The translations under genes were made by a program, and so were the position numbers. Shown piece by piece: positions 49,845-62,339 of a stretch of 64,000 nucleotides of DNA. Origin of the DNA: Cetorhinus maximus (taxonomy: Eukaryota); the NCBI RefSeq assembly GCF_964194155.1, contig NC_135911.1:8742001-8806000 (forward strand), written 5' to 3'. The stretch's first letter is position 1. Every line of letters begins with the position of its first letter. A model generated the notes under the pieces. That model was not told the DNA's origin. It made no database searches and saw only the letters and a program-made list of their open reading frames with translations.

Positions 49845-52800
49845 CTGTTGAAACAAAGCATGTTTCGCCGCATTGAATTCTTTTCAGTGACAGATACTAC
49901 GGCTTCTCTCAAATTGACCCCCCCATGCATTACGGAAGAATACAGGCATGTCTGCAGGTAAGAGCAGCATGGCTATTCCGCTTTGACACGCCTAAAACGA
50001 ACCTCTGCAAGATATATAGAACGCTAGTCAGGCCACAGCTGGAGTACTGTGTGCAGTTTTAGTCGCCACATTATAGGAAGGATGTGATTGCACTGGAGGG
50101 GGTGCAGAGGAGATTGACCAGGATGTTACCTGGGCTGGAGCGTTTCATCTATGAAGAAAGACTGGATAGGCTGGGGTTGTTTCCCTTAGAGCAGAGAAGG
50201 CTGAGGAGGGACCTGATAGAGGTGTACAAAATTATGAGGGGCATAGATTGGGCAGATAGGAAGAAACATTTCCCCTTTGTGGAGGGGTCAATAACTGGGG
50301 GGGGGGGAGGGGGGGTGGGCATCGATTTAAGGTAAGGGGCAGGAGGTTTAGAGGGGATTTGAGGATTTTTTTTTCACCCAGAGGGTGGTTGGAATCTGGA
50401 ACACACTGCCTGAGGGAATGGGAGACGCAGGAACCCTCACAACATTGAAGAGGTATTTAGATGAGCTCTTGAAACGCCGTAGCATACAGGGCTATAGGCC
50501 AAGTGCTGGAAAATGGGATTAGAATAGACGGGCGTTTGGTGGCCGGAGCGGAAACGACGGGCCGAAGGGCCTGTTTCTGTGCTGCCTAACTCTATGACTG
50601 TAAGTTTTTTTTTTAAAAATGGAAGAGAGGCTCTCATTCAAAACCACAGGAGGTGCCAAAGCGTCTTCCAATGAATGATACACTTCCAAGTATTGTCATG
50701 GGTGCAGTGTGGGAAAAGCTGCAGCCAATCCATACACAGCAAACAGGCACGTGATAAGGTCAGAGAGTCATTTCCTTATTGTGACCTGGATTGAGGGCTA
50801 TATGTTAGCTGGGACACAGGAGACAGCGTCCTTGCTCGCTAAAGGCATATTGGCAATGGGTTCTTTTGCAACCACGTAAGAGAACAGAAGTGACCTCGGT
50901 TTAATGTCAAAAGCAGGCCACTGTTTTAATCCTCTATACCCAGAACGGTAATAAACCATGCCGTGCTTTCCCGTTGCGATCAAAGGCTTTTTGAATGACC
51001 TACCTCGTCTGTTTCCTTCCTGGAGGCCTCGCTTTCCGGGGCTAGACCGAGAGGGAAAGAATATCAAGAGGGTGGTTAGTCACTGGCGAATCCACGAGGT
51101 CAAGGTGCTCCCCTTCTGAATATAAATCTGTGCACACACGAACACGGCTTCCACTCTCTCACCGTCCATCCAGTCCACCCACTAATCCATCTGCCTAGGA
51201 TAGACCTCCCTACCCGCAGCACTTAGCAACGTGATGTGCGTGACAATTCATTAACTTTCTCAGGATAATTTTACCTCTGTGGTTCTAACCATCTAACAGA
51301 CAACATTGTTATATCTAGCTAGCTAGCAAGGCTTTTAGCAATTTTTTATCTGTTTAACTAGTTAGATAAAGTTTTGAATAAGAGCCGAGAACCAACGTCC
51401 GTCCGTCCGTCCGTCCGTCCATCCATCCATCTATCCGTCTATCTATNNNNNNNNNNNNNNNNNNNNNNNNNNNNNNNNNNNNNNNNNNNNNNNNNNNNNN
51501 NNNNNNNNNNNNNNNNNNNNNNNNNNNNNNNNNNNNNNNNNNNNNNNNNNNNNNNNNNNNNNNNNNNNNNNNNNNNNNNNNNNNNNNNNNNNNNNNNNNN
51601 NNNNNNNNNNNNNNNNNNNNNNNNNNNNNNNNNNNNNNNNNNNNNNNNNNNNNNNNNNNNNNNNNNNNNNNNNNNNNNNNNNNNNNNNNNNNNNNNNNNN
51701 NNNNNNNNNNNNNNNNNNNNNNNNNNNNNNNNNNNNNNNNNNNNNNNNNNNNNNNNNNNNNNNNNNNNNNNNNNNNNNNNNNNNNNNNNNNNNNNNNNNN
51801 NNNNNNNNNNNNNNNNNNNNNNNNNNNNNNNNNNNNNNNNNCGTCCGTCCGTCCATCCATCAATTAGCATTTATCAAATCTATTTAAGTATCCATCGACC
51901 ATATACCCGCCTTCCTGTCTGTCAGTCGACCCTGCTATGTTAGGATTGTGTCTGGGGTGGTGTGTGAAGGGGCTGTACTGTGTCAGAAGCACAATGTGAC
52001 ATCTTATGTACAGACAGGTATTATCAATCATTGTGGAAAATAGTCACTTTTATCCTGATTTACATATCAATAGAAATGATTTCTCTAAGATGCAAAACGT
52101 GAGCAGTGTGTTTTGCAGGTAGAAGTGTGTCAGAAACGGGAATTATGTCATTATTCACCAAACTAGGAAAGGAAAACGTCATTTAGCAGATTACAGTCCA
52201 ATGAGTGTGTGCGCTGTCAGTGCAGAGTTCAGCGGCTGTGTTGGGGAGACTGCCAGTCATTGGTGCAAGCCGAGGTCATAGTGCATTTGTAAAGGTCAAG
52301 TTACCTTTCAGCTGTTGGCTCTTCCGACTTAGAAAGGTGCGTGTTGCCAACAACATTCCCAGCAGCAAAATAAGGCTCATCACCCCAAGGATGATATATT
52401 TCCTGCACCTTACCGGCATAGCATCTGTGAGAGGAAACATATTTCCAACAGGTGAAAGGAAGTTCATTGCAGGATCCCTGTAGCGTCACTGTTGCTCTTA
52501 CTGTAACATTGCTTGTCATCATTATTCTCATCGACTTGCCCCACACCATGGGAGAAATATATAGTGCACCTTGTGGATAATCTTGCATCGTTAAAGTTAT
52601 ATATGGCACTCCTACTGTTTAGTTCACCATTTCTATAAGTTGTTTCACAGTTCGCTTCACTCTGAACAGAATAGATCCCGCCCTCAAACTTTCAACTACT
52701 TCATCTTTTTGCAGAGCTGTAAGAGTTTCATCAATACTGCCACAATTTCCCATTTTTACTTCCCTTTTGCTTCTAAATAGATTAACTGGGTTGAATTGGA

Positions 52801-55800
52801 ATTCATTTATAGGTCCACTATTTCGGTTAATTCAGCAACTTGCAGTCCCACGACCGCTACCACCTAGAAGGACAAGGGCAGCAGACACATTGGAACACCG
52901 CCAACTCCAAGTTCCCCTCGCAGTCACACACCATCCTGACTTGCAAATATATCACCGTTCCTTCACTGTCGCTGGGTCAATATCCTGGAACTCCCTCCCT
53001 AACAGCACTGTGGGTGTACCTACACCACATGGACTGCAGCGGTTCAAGAAGGCAGCTCACCACCACCTTCTCAAGAGGCAATTAGGGATGGGCAATAAAC
53101 GCTGGCCCAGCCACTGAAGCCCACTTCCCGTGAATGAATAAAAAAATAATCAGCCAATGGATACTACACCACCACTCAGTCACATTCTCCAATGCTATTC
53201 AATTTATTCGTTTTTGCTCTTTATCCAATTCGAAACTTTACTCAAGAAAGCTTTGCCTAGATAGATGGGAAGACCACCACCTTGAAGTCCCCTCCAAGCC
53301 ACTCACCATCCTGACTTGGAAATATATCGGCCATTCCTTCACTGTCGCTGGGTCAAAATCCTGGAACTCCCTCCCTAACAGTGCTGTGGGTGTATCTACA
53401 CCACAGGGACTGCAGCGGTTCAAGAAGGCAGCTCACCACCATCCTCTCAAGGGGCAATTAGGGATGGGCAATAAATGCTGGCCCAGCCAGCGAAGCCTAC
53501 AGTCCATGAAAGAATAACACAAATATCAAATTGGGTAGTCTTTATAAACTCCAAAGTGTGTTAACTGATCCTACACTGTTGGTGGAAGTTGGAATTGAAT
53601 CATCAAACTTGATCATTTGTCCCATCAACAATGTTCGATTGAGTACAGGTCTGAGTATATCTCAGGGCCCTTGAATTGATTTTTCAAATGTGTACATCTT
53701 CACGCTTTTGAGGGTTCCCCCTTTTCATGTGCTTTTGTCTCCTTAAGCTATTAGCTTCTGAGGGAAGAGGGTTACCATGTATCCACATTGCTCAGCCTAC
53801 CTGTGCTGCCAGCTGTTATCAGCAGGTTACCACACAGCGGTTGTCAATTTGACAACCTCAATGCAACTTCGAGGCAGGGAACTGTTGTACATGTCCAGAA
53901 CCACTAAAGTCAATTATGGCAGACCAGCCAATATAAATTTGCCTTAGTACTGAACTCTGATTGACCCTGTAATATTTTGGGGGCTTTTCCAAACCTCTCC
54001 AATCAGGTCCTGCCACTGCCACGCTACTGACATAGATTTGATCAAAATTGCAAGTGAAATCCTTGAGGGGAATCCATCTCCCCACATCTTTCTAGATGTG
54101 CATGTGCAATATTTGCACCTCTCTAAACCTTCTCCCCCATTAACCCATTGAGAGGGTGTCACAAAAGTGTAATAATTCCCATAACATTATTGTGACTTAT
54201 TGTAAGAAGTGGGGTTTGGATTGCTTTTGTGTATGTGTGTGTGTGTGTGTGTGTGTTGGGGTGGGGGGGCAGGGTGCGGTGTGTGAAGGGGGCGAGGAAT
54301 TTAATTGAATTGGAGATGCTGGTATGGAGGCTTTGACTCATCAAAAGAAGCTAGGTTTGAAATGCTAAATGCATAAACATGGCTAAAGTCTTAGAATGTA
54401 AGGTGAGGAGAATTTGCATTATTGGATAAATTGGGGCAGTTTGAATTTCAAAGAGATGGTAGGATGTCTACGCTCAGCCAGAGAAGCTAGGCCCAGCAGT
54501 GTGTTTATTTTTCTCAAAGGTTACAGGCAATATTGGCACCATGCAATAATTTATACTATGAGAAAGGTAAGGTTCCAAAGACATATGGGAACAATGGAAT
54601 TTACATTAAAAGAGATAAACATGGATAAAGAAGAATCAGGCTATGTGTCAGGGAGGGCATTGTAAGATCTAACAGAAGTGTGAGAAGCCTCCAGTATTTG
54701 TGTATTAAGCTGCTGTCTACAGAAACCGAAGCTGGGAGAAGCCACTTTGAATTCTACTGTCCAGGGTATTGTGTTGACTTGCCTGGATCTATTTAAAATC
54801 TGTTTTTTTACTGTTGCTTTAATGGGGGTGTGACTGGAAGCCAGATTAATTAGGGATTTTAGGAATTATTATAGTAGTAACTTGTAGACCAATGTATGTG
54901 CTTGAAATCTTTTATTTTGTTAATATATATTTAATTTAGTTTTTTTTTTAAATCTCTGAAGTCTTGGTGGACTTATTACTTCTGAATTCAGGGCATGCAT
55001 CTCAAACTAAATACAAATTGCAAAACTGTTGTGACCGTGTGATCAAGTTTCCCTCGTGGATTTGATCTGCCCGGCGCACATCATCTGCCACATCAAAACA
55101 GTGGGCTTGCATCGCATGGTTCCAATTCTCAATATCCATCTCTATCTTGACAATTTCCATCAATGGCTTCCCTTTCAACAGCCGCACCATTCCCTCTGGA
55201 GTTTCTCCCCGCCCCCCGCCCCCAACCAAGCCCCCATCAAAAGAACTTTCATTGTCTCTCTTATCACTCATGCATTTTCTGGCCTTCAGCACCATCAAAG
55301 GCACTTTAGAAAAGTAAGCTGCCATTGTTGAAGTGTTAATACATTCTCTTGCTACCACATTGCTGCTAACCTTCTTCAATAGGGAAGTGTGATCTCCATG
55401 TTCTGCTATTTTAAAACATTGAGACCAATGTGGACATTTTCAGTCTGGAACCATCTGCTTTTCAGGAAGTCCATAGGAGGCAGCAAAAAAATCGTGCCGA
55501 ATTTCAGCAGGATGTTAACCTTGTGAGGGAAGTATAATAATTTTAACAATATTTTTCTGGTTTATTGTGAAGTAGGTTTATGGGGGTAAGTAGGGTTGGG
55601 TCTGTCTGTGTGATTTAATTACATTTGGTGTCAAGTAGACTGAAAGCTTGAAATCATCAAACAAAGCTAGATGCTTAACATGCTAATGAGTAAAGATGGA
55701 TGCTGGCTTAGCATCTAAACTATGAAGGGAATTAGCCCTTATCTAAGGAAAGATGTACTGACACTGGAGGCAGTCCAGAAAAGGCTCACTAGTATAATTC

Positions 55801-58800
55801 CAGGTATGGAGGGATTTTCTTATGAGAAGAGGTTGAGTAGGTTGGGCCTGTACTCATTGGAGTTTAGAAGAATGAGTGGCGACCTTATTGAAACATATAA
55901 GATTCTGAGGGGGCTTGACAGGGTAAATGCTGAGAGGTTGTTTTCCCTTGTGGGAGAGTCTAGGACCAGAGGGCATAATCTCAGAGTAAGGGGTCACCCA
56001 TTTAAGACAGAGATGAAGAGGAATTTCTTCTCTCAGAAGGTAGTCAATCTGTGAAATTCTTTACTGCAGAGGGCTGTAGAGACTGGGTCATTAAGTATAT
56101 TCAAGGCTGAGGTAGATAGATTTTTCATCAGTAAGGGAATCAAAGGTTATGGGGGAAAAGCCAGGAAAATGGAGTTGAGAATTATCAGATCAGCCAGACT
56201 CGATGGGCTGAATGGCCTACTTCTGCCCCTATGTTTTATGGTATTATAGTCTAAATGAAGAGATTATTTGGATTTTAAAAGGATCTTAGTCTGTTTCCAA
56301 CTAGCCAGATAAGCAAGGCTAAGGAGTGTGTTTATTTTTCCCAAAGGCACTGACAATATTGGCAACATGAAAGTTTTATATTATGAGGAAGAAACAATTT
56401 CAAAGACATATGGAGCAATAGAATTTACGTATTAAAAAGATAGAAACATATATGAAGGAGGATGAAAGGCTTTGTGGGAGAAGGCCATGTAAAATCTAAC
56501 AGGAGTTTGTGAAATAGCCTTAATGATGCCTCCAACATTTTGCATAAGTCTGGCAAACAATGAAACTGAATTTGGGGGAAACCCATTTGGAATTCCACTG
56601 TCAAGTGGGTATTGTGTTAATTTGCTAGTTCTGTTTTAAATCTAAAATCTTTTTTGGATTGCTTCCTTAAAGGGTGTGTGTAATTGGGAGTCAAGTCAAA
56701 TAGGAATTTTAGGAGTTATTATACTCATAAGTAATTGTAGTCTTATGTTTGTACTTGAAGTCTTTTATTTTGTTGATAAATGTTTTAATTTAATTTTTTA
56801 AATCTCTCAAGGTCTTGGTGGACTCATTACTTCTTGATTCAGTGCAAACATTTTCTTGTAATGAATACTTTTATAAATAAATTTCAAAACCAATTTGATA
56901 GGGCGACCAGGCTTCCCTTGTAGATGTGGTCCACCTGGCACACATCATCTGCTATGTCATAACATTATGGCCTGATTTAGTTGCTCCCATTCGGGTAGAG
57001 TTGAACACACACATTCACAATTGTGTCAGCAAGGTACACTTGTCCTCATCCGACTGAGATAGCCTGACCTTTTTAAAACATTGTAACCCTTTTTTAAAAG
57101 ACAATTCTTCCATGAGGTGTGAGTGTTGCTGGAAATACCAGTGCAGGACTGAGGGAGTGATGCATGTTGATGAGAGGTTAAACTGAAGGCCCATCATCTA
57201 GCCTGGCTGGGTATAAAAGGCCCCATGGAACTAATCTGAAGAAGATGGGGGCCCCCACCCCGAATTGCACTTGAGACGCTGGTGATGAGCCGCCTTCTTG
57301 AACCACTCCAGTCCTGCAGCCCTGGTTTTTTTAGTACGACTGAGTGCCCATTTCAGAGGGCAGTTAAGAGTCAACCACACTGCTGTGGATCTGAAGTCAC
57401 ATCTAGGCCAGACCAGGTAAGGACAGCAGCAAAACCAGATAGATTTTCACCACAATCCATGATCGTTTCATGGCTATCATTACTAATACGACTTTTAGTG
57501 CCAGATTTAGGAGTCTGATTTAATTAATGAATTTAATTTCAATTCCATCAGCTGGCATTTAAACCTCTGACCACACAGCCATCAGCCTGGGCCCTTGGTT
57601 TTACCAGTTCAGTGATACTACCACTGTCACCCTGCATCGTGATGTCGAGGGTTTCTTTTTTTAACCTACCTGAAATGTTCAGTTTTGTTTTGCTCGAAAA
57701 GATTCCCTTGGGGAACGTTGTCCAGGAACAGGTGTAAATGCCCGAGTCGCTTTTGCTGGAGTTGCTTATCATGAGCGTGGCGTCCTGTTGAGAAGGGTGC
57801 CTGAAATGGATTCGACTGGAGTTGGTCTCCCCCGGGTAACTTATTCCGTGCTGGGGATGATACACTGCCAGGTTTGCCTTCTTGGCGGGACTGCTCCAGG
57901 CGACACTCACCACATTCACACCTGGGTCGGAAATGGTGAGGGAACATGGAAGGATCACCACCTCTCCCTTATAGCCCGTCACGGAGAGCGATGTGTGTAC
58001 CCTCACTGCACAGTGAACTGGAAAGTAAATACACATTCAGCCAAAGGGGCAACATTTCTGCTGTTAGTTTGCACTTTCGATCTTTGGTCTTAACATTTGC
58101 GTTCTTTCCTTTACCCCCCCCAAACTATTTTTATTCATAAAGTTTGTAAAGCAGAGTTCAGATTTGACATTACATGAAAGTCAGCACATTCCATCAGGTG
58201 TCTCATTGCATTGGCCGTTACGGATTTTGACTGCAATGCACATTCACATGTCAGGTCAGACATGCTCCGCTTCTTGCAATCCGAGGGGTTTAACAAGGCT
58301 CCCAGTCCCTGGGTGCATGATGGCGGCGGGATGGGCCGAACAGCCTCCTTCTAGCGCTGTAAAATGTAATGATTTAGCTCCAGAGAGCACAATCCAATCC
58401 CACAGTGAGGGAAACCCACGCCTCTTTGAAGCCAGGGGACCATCTGCCAGCACTGAAAGGCTGCAGGGCTCTGCAGGATATTTATATTTCCCTCGAGGTC
58501 ACTTTCTGCTCTCTCTCTCTCTCTCTTTCTGCTGAATTAACTCCCGCAGCCTAAAATACTCTGCCTGCTAAATGCGGCCTCGAACAACGCGAGGCAATTG
58601 CTGAAGGAACTGTTGCTAATCCGGTTCTCGTTCCGCTGATAAGTAAAGCGAAGACTGTCACTCGCGGGAGAGGCAGCGCTCTTGTCTTAACCGCGAGGGA
58701 CCCGTTTGAGACCAGCGTTGCACTGCATTGCATCGAGGCGAGTCCCGCCAGGGCGCAGTTGTTAAATGCAAAGTGACTGTCCCAGTATTTATCTCCACCT

Positions 58801-60513
58801 CTCTCTCTCTCTCTCCCCTACCCTGTCCTTTGGAGCGAACCACATTGTGTCACTAAGGGGCTGGGACATGAACGTCCGGCACGAGAGAGACTCTCAAACC
58901 CAGCGCATGATTGAAAGGTCGGCATATTCTCTTCCATTGCAGCCCCCATTTCTCTGTGTGCCAGCAAAAGGAGCATCTGGAACTCTGCATCGCTCCCACG
59001 ACATGATATAAACGTTTCTAATCAGCCCAAAGCATCAGCTGCAATGGTTCGGCGACTTGGAGGAGGTTCCTGTCGATGACAGAGATGAATCGCCAGGGAC
59101 TAGAGAGAATTCAGCCTGCAAGTGCTCGGGGTATTTTCTTTTTTAATTCATTCATGGGGTGTGGCTAGGCCAGCATTTATTACCCATCCCTAACTGCCCT
59201 TGTTCAGAGGGCAGGTCAGAGTCAACCACATTGCTGTGGATCTGGAGTCACATGTAGGCCAGACCGGGTAAGGGCGGCAGATTTCCCCCCCTAAAGGACA
59301 TGCTCTGCCTGTGTGGTGTCGACTGAGGGATGATGTTGATGACTCACGGCCCACATCGCCTTCGATTTAGTGCCATGGGAGTTTTCAAACCCACCCAAGG
59401 GAACTGATGGGACTTCAGTCGAGCCTTTCAGCTCCCCATCCCCCATCTCCTCAGCACTGCATTGGAGTGTCAGCCTTGATTTTTGGGCTCAAGACTTGGA
59501 GTGGGAGTTGAACCCAGGACCTTGTACTCAGGCTAATACCTGAGCCCGGACTGGCCAAAATACATCAGGTTAATGAGCCAGGCTGTGTAGGGGCGTGGGA
59601 GCTTGTGGAGGGGAGGGGGCGAGGGAGGGGGAAGGTGATTTGAGGGGAGGGGGGCTGAGAGGCAAAGGGAGGAGGGGAGCTGGGGGACTGGGCGTGGTGG
59701 GTAACCTAACCCCTATGAGTGCAAAAGGACTAAACTGTTTACATAAATATCAATTTCATTCCTGACTACAATCACCGATTGACGGGCAGACAGACCAGGA
59801 GTGAGAGAAACTGACAAACAGAAACCTAAGCTAACAAAACGACACGTTAGTGCTTAACAGGCGGCACTGTCAGTGAATGAGCATAGGAATTAAGGATAGA
59901 AAATGTTACATTTCATTATTGTCAATAGCTTAACATTAATCATCGCCGGGAGAGTTAGAGAGTTCATTCATTATTGATATGAAGTGGGCCAACAGTATGT
60001 AGATATCTCTATNNNNNNNNNNNNNNNNNNNNNNNNNNNNNNNNNNNNNNNNNNNNNNNNNNNNNNNNNNNNNNNNNNNNNNNNNNNNNNNNNNNNNNNN
60101 NNNNNNNNNNNNNNNNNNNNNNNNNNNNNNNNNNNNNNNNNNNNNNNNNNNNNNNNNNNNNNNNNNNNNNNNNNNNNNNNNNNNNNNNNNNNNNNNNNNN
60201 NNNNNNNNNNNNNNNNNNNNNNNNNNNNNNNNNNNNNNNNNNNNNNNNNNNNNNNNNNTAGATAGATGGATGGACGGACCGATGGATGGATGGATGGACA
60301 GATGGATGGATGGATAAAAAAGAGATAGATGAAAGGATAGATAGATAACATGATAGATTAGAAGATAGACAAACAGACAGGTCGAGGGATAGAGAGATGT
60401 AGAGAAATAATAACTTAATTCTTTCCAGGACGAATTTTGAACTTACCATAAGCCGTGGTGATGAGAATGAGCCACACACTGGAGAGTAAAAACTGATTAA
60501 TTAATGGTTTCAT
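49710..60513 (-). CDS. Single-IgV nectin-family inhibitory receptor (TIGIT/PVRIG-like architecture) with two ITIMs; 6 coding exons, 726 nt, 241 aa
   Basis: Exons 60513-60447, 58017-57670, 52424-52305, 51041-51004, 49951-49934 and 49844-49710 are GT-AG bounded and in frame (phases 1,1,1,0,0). V domain has AVYHPQHG (AX6G) and TFPKG; tail has VVYASL and IVYGIV. Confidence 0.86.
49934..49951 (-). CDS. Exon 5, 18-nt micro-exon TCLYSS (possibly skippable)
   Basis: ctgcag| ... |gtaatg; the same 18-nt length and splice sites are conserved in the paralog at 27075-27092. Confidence 0.55.
50020..50600 (+). mobile_element. CR1 LINE 3' fragment in an intron of the ITIM gene
   Basis: ALEGVQRRLTRMLPGLE...RLGLFPLEQRRLRRDLIEVYKIM. 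Confidence 0.85.
51004..51041 (-). CDS. Exon 4, cytoplasmic mini-exon APESEASRKETDE
   Basis: Acceptor tctttccctctcggtctag|, donor GAG|gtaggt; 38 nt converts phase 1 to phase 0 as required. Confidence 0.78.
52305..52424 (-). CDS. Exon 3, transmembrane segment
   Basis: Acceptor tttcctctcacag|, donor |gtaact; DAMPVRCRKYIILGVMSLILLLGMLLATRTFLSRKSQQLK. Confidence 0.88.
54201..55100. mobile_element. Solo-LTR-like element
   Basis: TG...CA bounded; similar along its length to 56270-56964. Confidence 0.5.
55566..56964. mobile_element. Solo-LTR-like element with nested CR1 (about 55735-56250)
   Basis: TG...CA termini, 4-bp TSD ttat; internal CR1 ORF fragment 55722-56054. Confidence 0.6.
57670..58017 (-). 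CDS. Exon 2, nectin-type IgV domain (348 nt)
   Basis: Acceptor tactttccag|, donor |gtaggt; VILPCSL...VSVAW...AVYHPQHG...DATLMI...DSGIYTCSWTTFPKG. Confidence 0.93.
60447..60513 (-). CDS. Exon 1, signal peptide MKPLINQFLLSSVWLILITTAY
   Basis: Hydrophobic leader with phase-1 donor G|gtaagt. Confidence 0.8.
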
Positions 60514-61810
60514 GTTTGAGTTAAGAGAAATCAAAGTTGGAAAATGGAGCTTCCTCAACAGTGCACTCGGCCTCTCCCTTATCACATCCCAGCTAACAGC
60601 ACCGCCAATCTGTGCTCCGCTCAAGCGATTGCAGTCTCCCAGGCTCTGAAGTCAAACGCACAAAGCCCACCCCCCACACCCGCACACAATGGCAACGAGA
60701 GTCCTTGGTCAATGTCTTGGAAATTCTTCGATCCGGAGCGACCAGGTTCGACCAGTTCACAGTTTAGTTCTGACTTGGTTAGCAGCGGAAATGTGCTTAG
60801 CATAATTGAAGCTGAGCCCTTTCCTGCAAGACTGTTATCGCGAGAGGAAACGGAGGGTTTGATTCATATCTGCAGTTGGATATATATGTAATTATGTCTC
60901 TGCCTTAACCAACCAGCCTTACATTTAGGCTAGACACTTACTTCAAGCAACCCCCTATGTTTCCTGCGGGACTGGCTGCAGAGGATAATCATGTTAATCA
61001 TTTTTCTGCCAGATTTAAGAGGCTGCATGTTTTTAGAAAGAGAAATAAGGCTGCCAGAAGTGTATATTTTTCAAGCAGATTGCAACGTTAACTGTGTGGG
61101 TGGTGAATAAAGCAGGAAACTGAAAATTTGAGGTAGCAGTGCCTTCAACACTTGTAACTCTCTCGAGTCAAGCTAAATTAAACTAAATTAACAAAGTCAG
61201 GATGCAAATGAAGAAGCCGCCCCTTAAAGGGAAACTGCAAAAAGCAAAGGCAAAATTCAAAGAAAACTTACGAGCATCAAACCAAAATGTGATTAGGAGG
61301 GTCAATAAAACACCCCAGTCCCCTCGGTGCCCACCGAGCACGGAAGGTCTCGGCAGTGCCGGAGTTGCATGCTCCCTCCCCAGGGATACCCGGCTGCGAA
61401 TGTAGCGGTGGAAGAGGGGCAGACAGTTAGGCTGGGTGCCCCCCCCCTCAATCACCCGCTGCCTGGACCTGTTAATGGTCAACTTGGTCAGGAGCAGATT
61501 CACAAGAGGTCCTCCTCCCTTCCTGCCCCACTCAACACTTGTAGTTGCATTTGTGAGCTGGAGACAGTAAGCATTCGAAATTGTGACAGTATTTTCGTGC
61601 CCTTTATTGCGATAAAAATATCTTAGAAGACAAACCTAAAAATCAATATGAAGCCTGGTGTAAGTCGCAACTTGGAAGCTGTAACTAAAACTCGATCGTA
61701 TTAATTGTTTAAACTAGTTATGTTGATTACTGTTAGAAAACTAAAGAAACCCGAGTGAACTAAAGCTTGTTCAACTCAATATATGGAGGAAAGATGGATT
61801 ATATCTGCAG

Positions 61811-62027
61811 TAACTCTTTCGAGTTATCAACAGATCATATGTAACTCTTTCGAGTACATTCACAGTTCTTGGTTTCTGGGAACTCTTTCGAGTTATCAAC
61901 AGTCACAGATTGCAACTCTTTTGAGTACAATCGCAGTTCTTGGTTTCCGGGAGTGGGACATGAACCCACAACCCTCTGACTCAAAGGCGAGGGTGCTATG
62001 AACTGAGCCACAGCTGACACCTCGTTT
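61811..62027 (-). mobile_element. Third copy of the hairpin-tail SINE, with four hairpin units
   Basis: Reverse complement of the 36119-36264 head; aactctttcgagt-type unit repeated four times. Confidence 0.7.
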
Positions 62028-62339
62028 ATATCTACAGTAAGTGGGACTTGGAGAGAGCAGTGTGATGCCAGACAGCGACATCTACAGTTATTACCTGGAA
62101 CTACTGTTCAGAGTTGTTGACGTGGAGGCCGAGGTGGGAAGATTGAGTAAAATCATGGAAGGAGGATATGACTACCAGGACACTTTGACCCAGGTGGCAG
62201 GCATACCCTTTAGGTTAGGCAGCTGTATAGATTTGGGTAGGCTTCAGGGACAGGAGGATATGACTGCAGGTCTGAGTGGTAAGCGGGCCTCAAATGAAGT
62301 GGCGGAGGAGACCCATCCACTCCCATTGCCTGGCAGGCA

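Noticed and set aside
49845-49951. One long terminal exon entered in phase 1 (possible TGA read-through or selenocysteine)
   Set aside because: It contains an in-frame TGA and the paralog is out of frame over the same span; the 38-nt and 18-nt exons explain the frame with canonical splicing.
58551-58733. ORF with hydrophobic RVTVFALLISG as leader exon of the ITIM gene
   Set aside because: No phase-1 GT donor; a much better leader with G|gtaagt exists at 60447-60513. Similarity to 45180 reflects the segmental duplication.
22900-60258. N-runs and X-rich ORFs
   Set aside because: Flanked by TCTA/TG microsatellites; these are masked simple repeats, not coding sequence.
61811-61930. Short palindromic repeats resembling a CRISPR array
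   Set aside because: The spacers are themselves repeated, the context is vertebrate with no cas genes, and it is a SINE tail.
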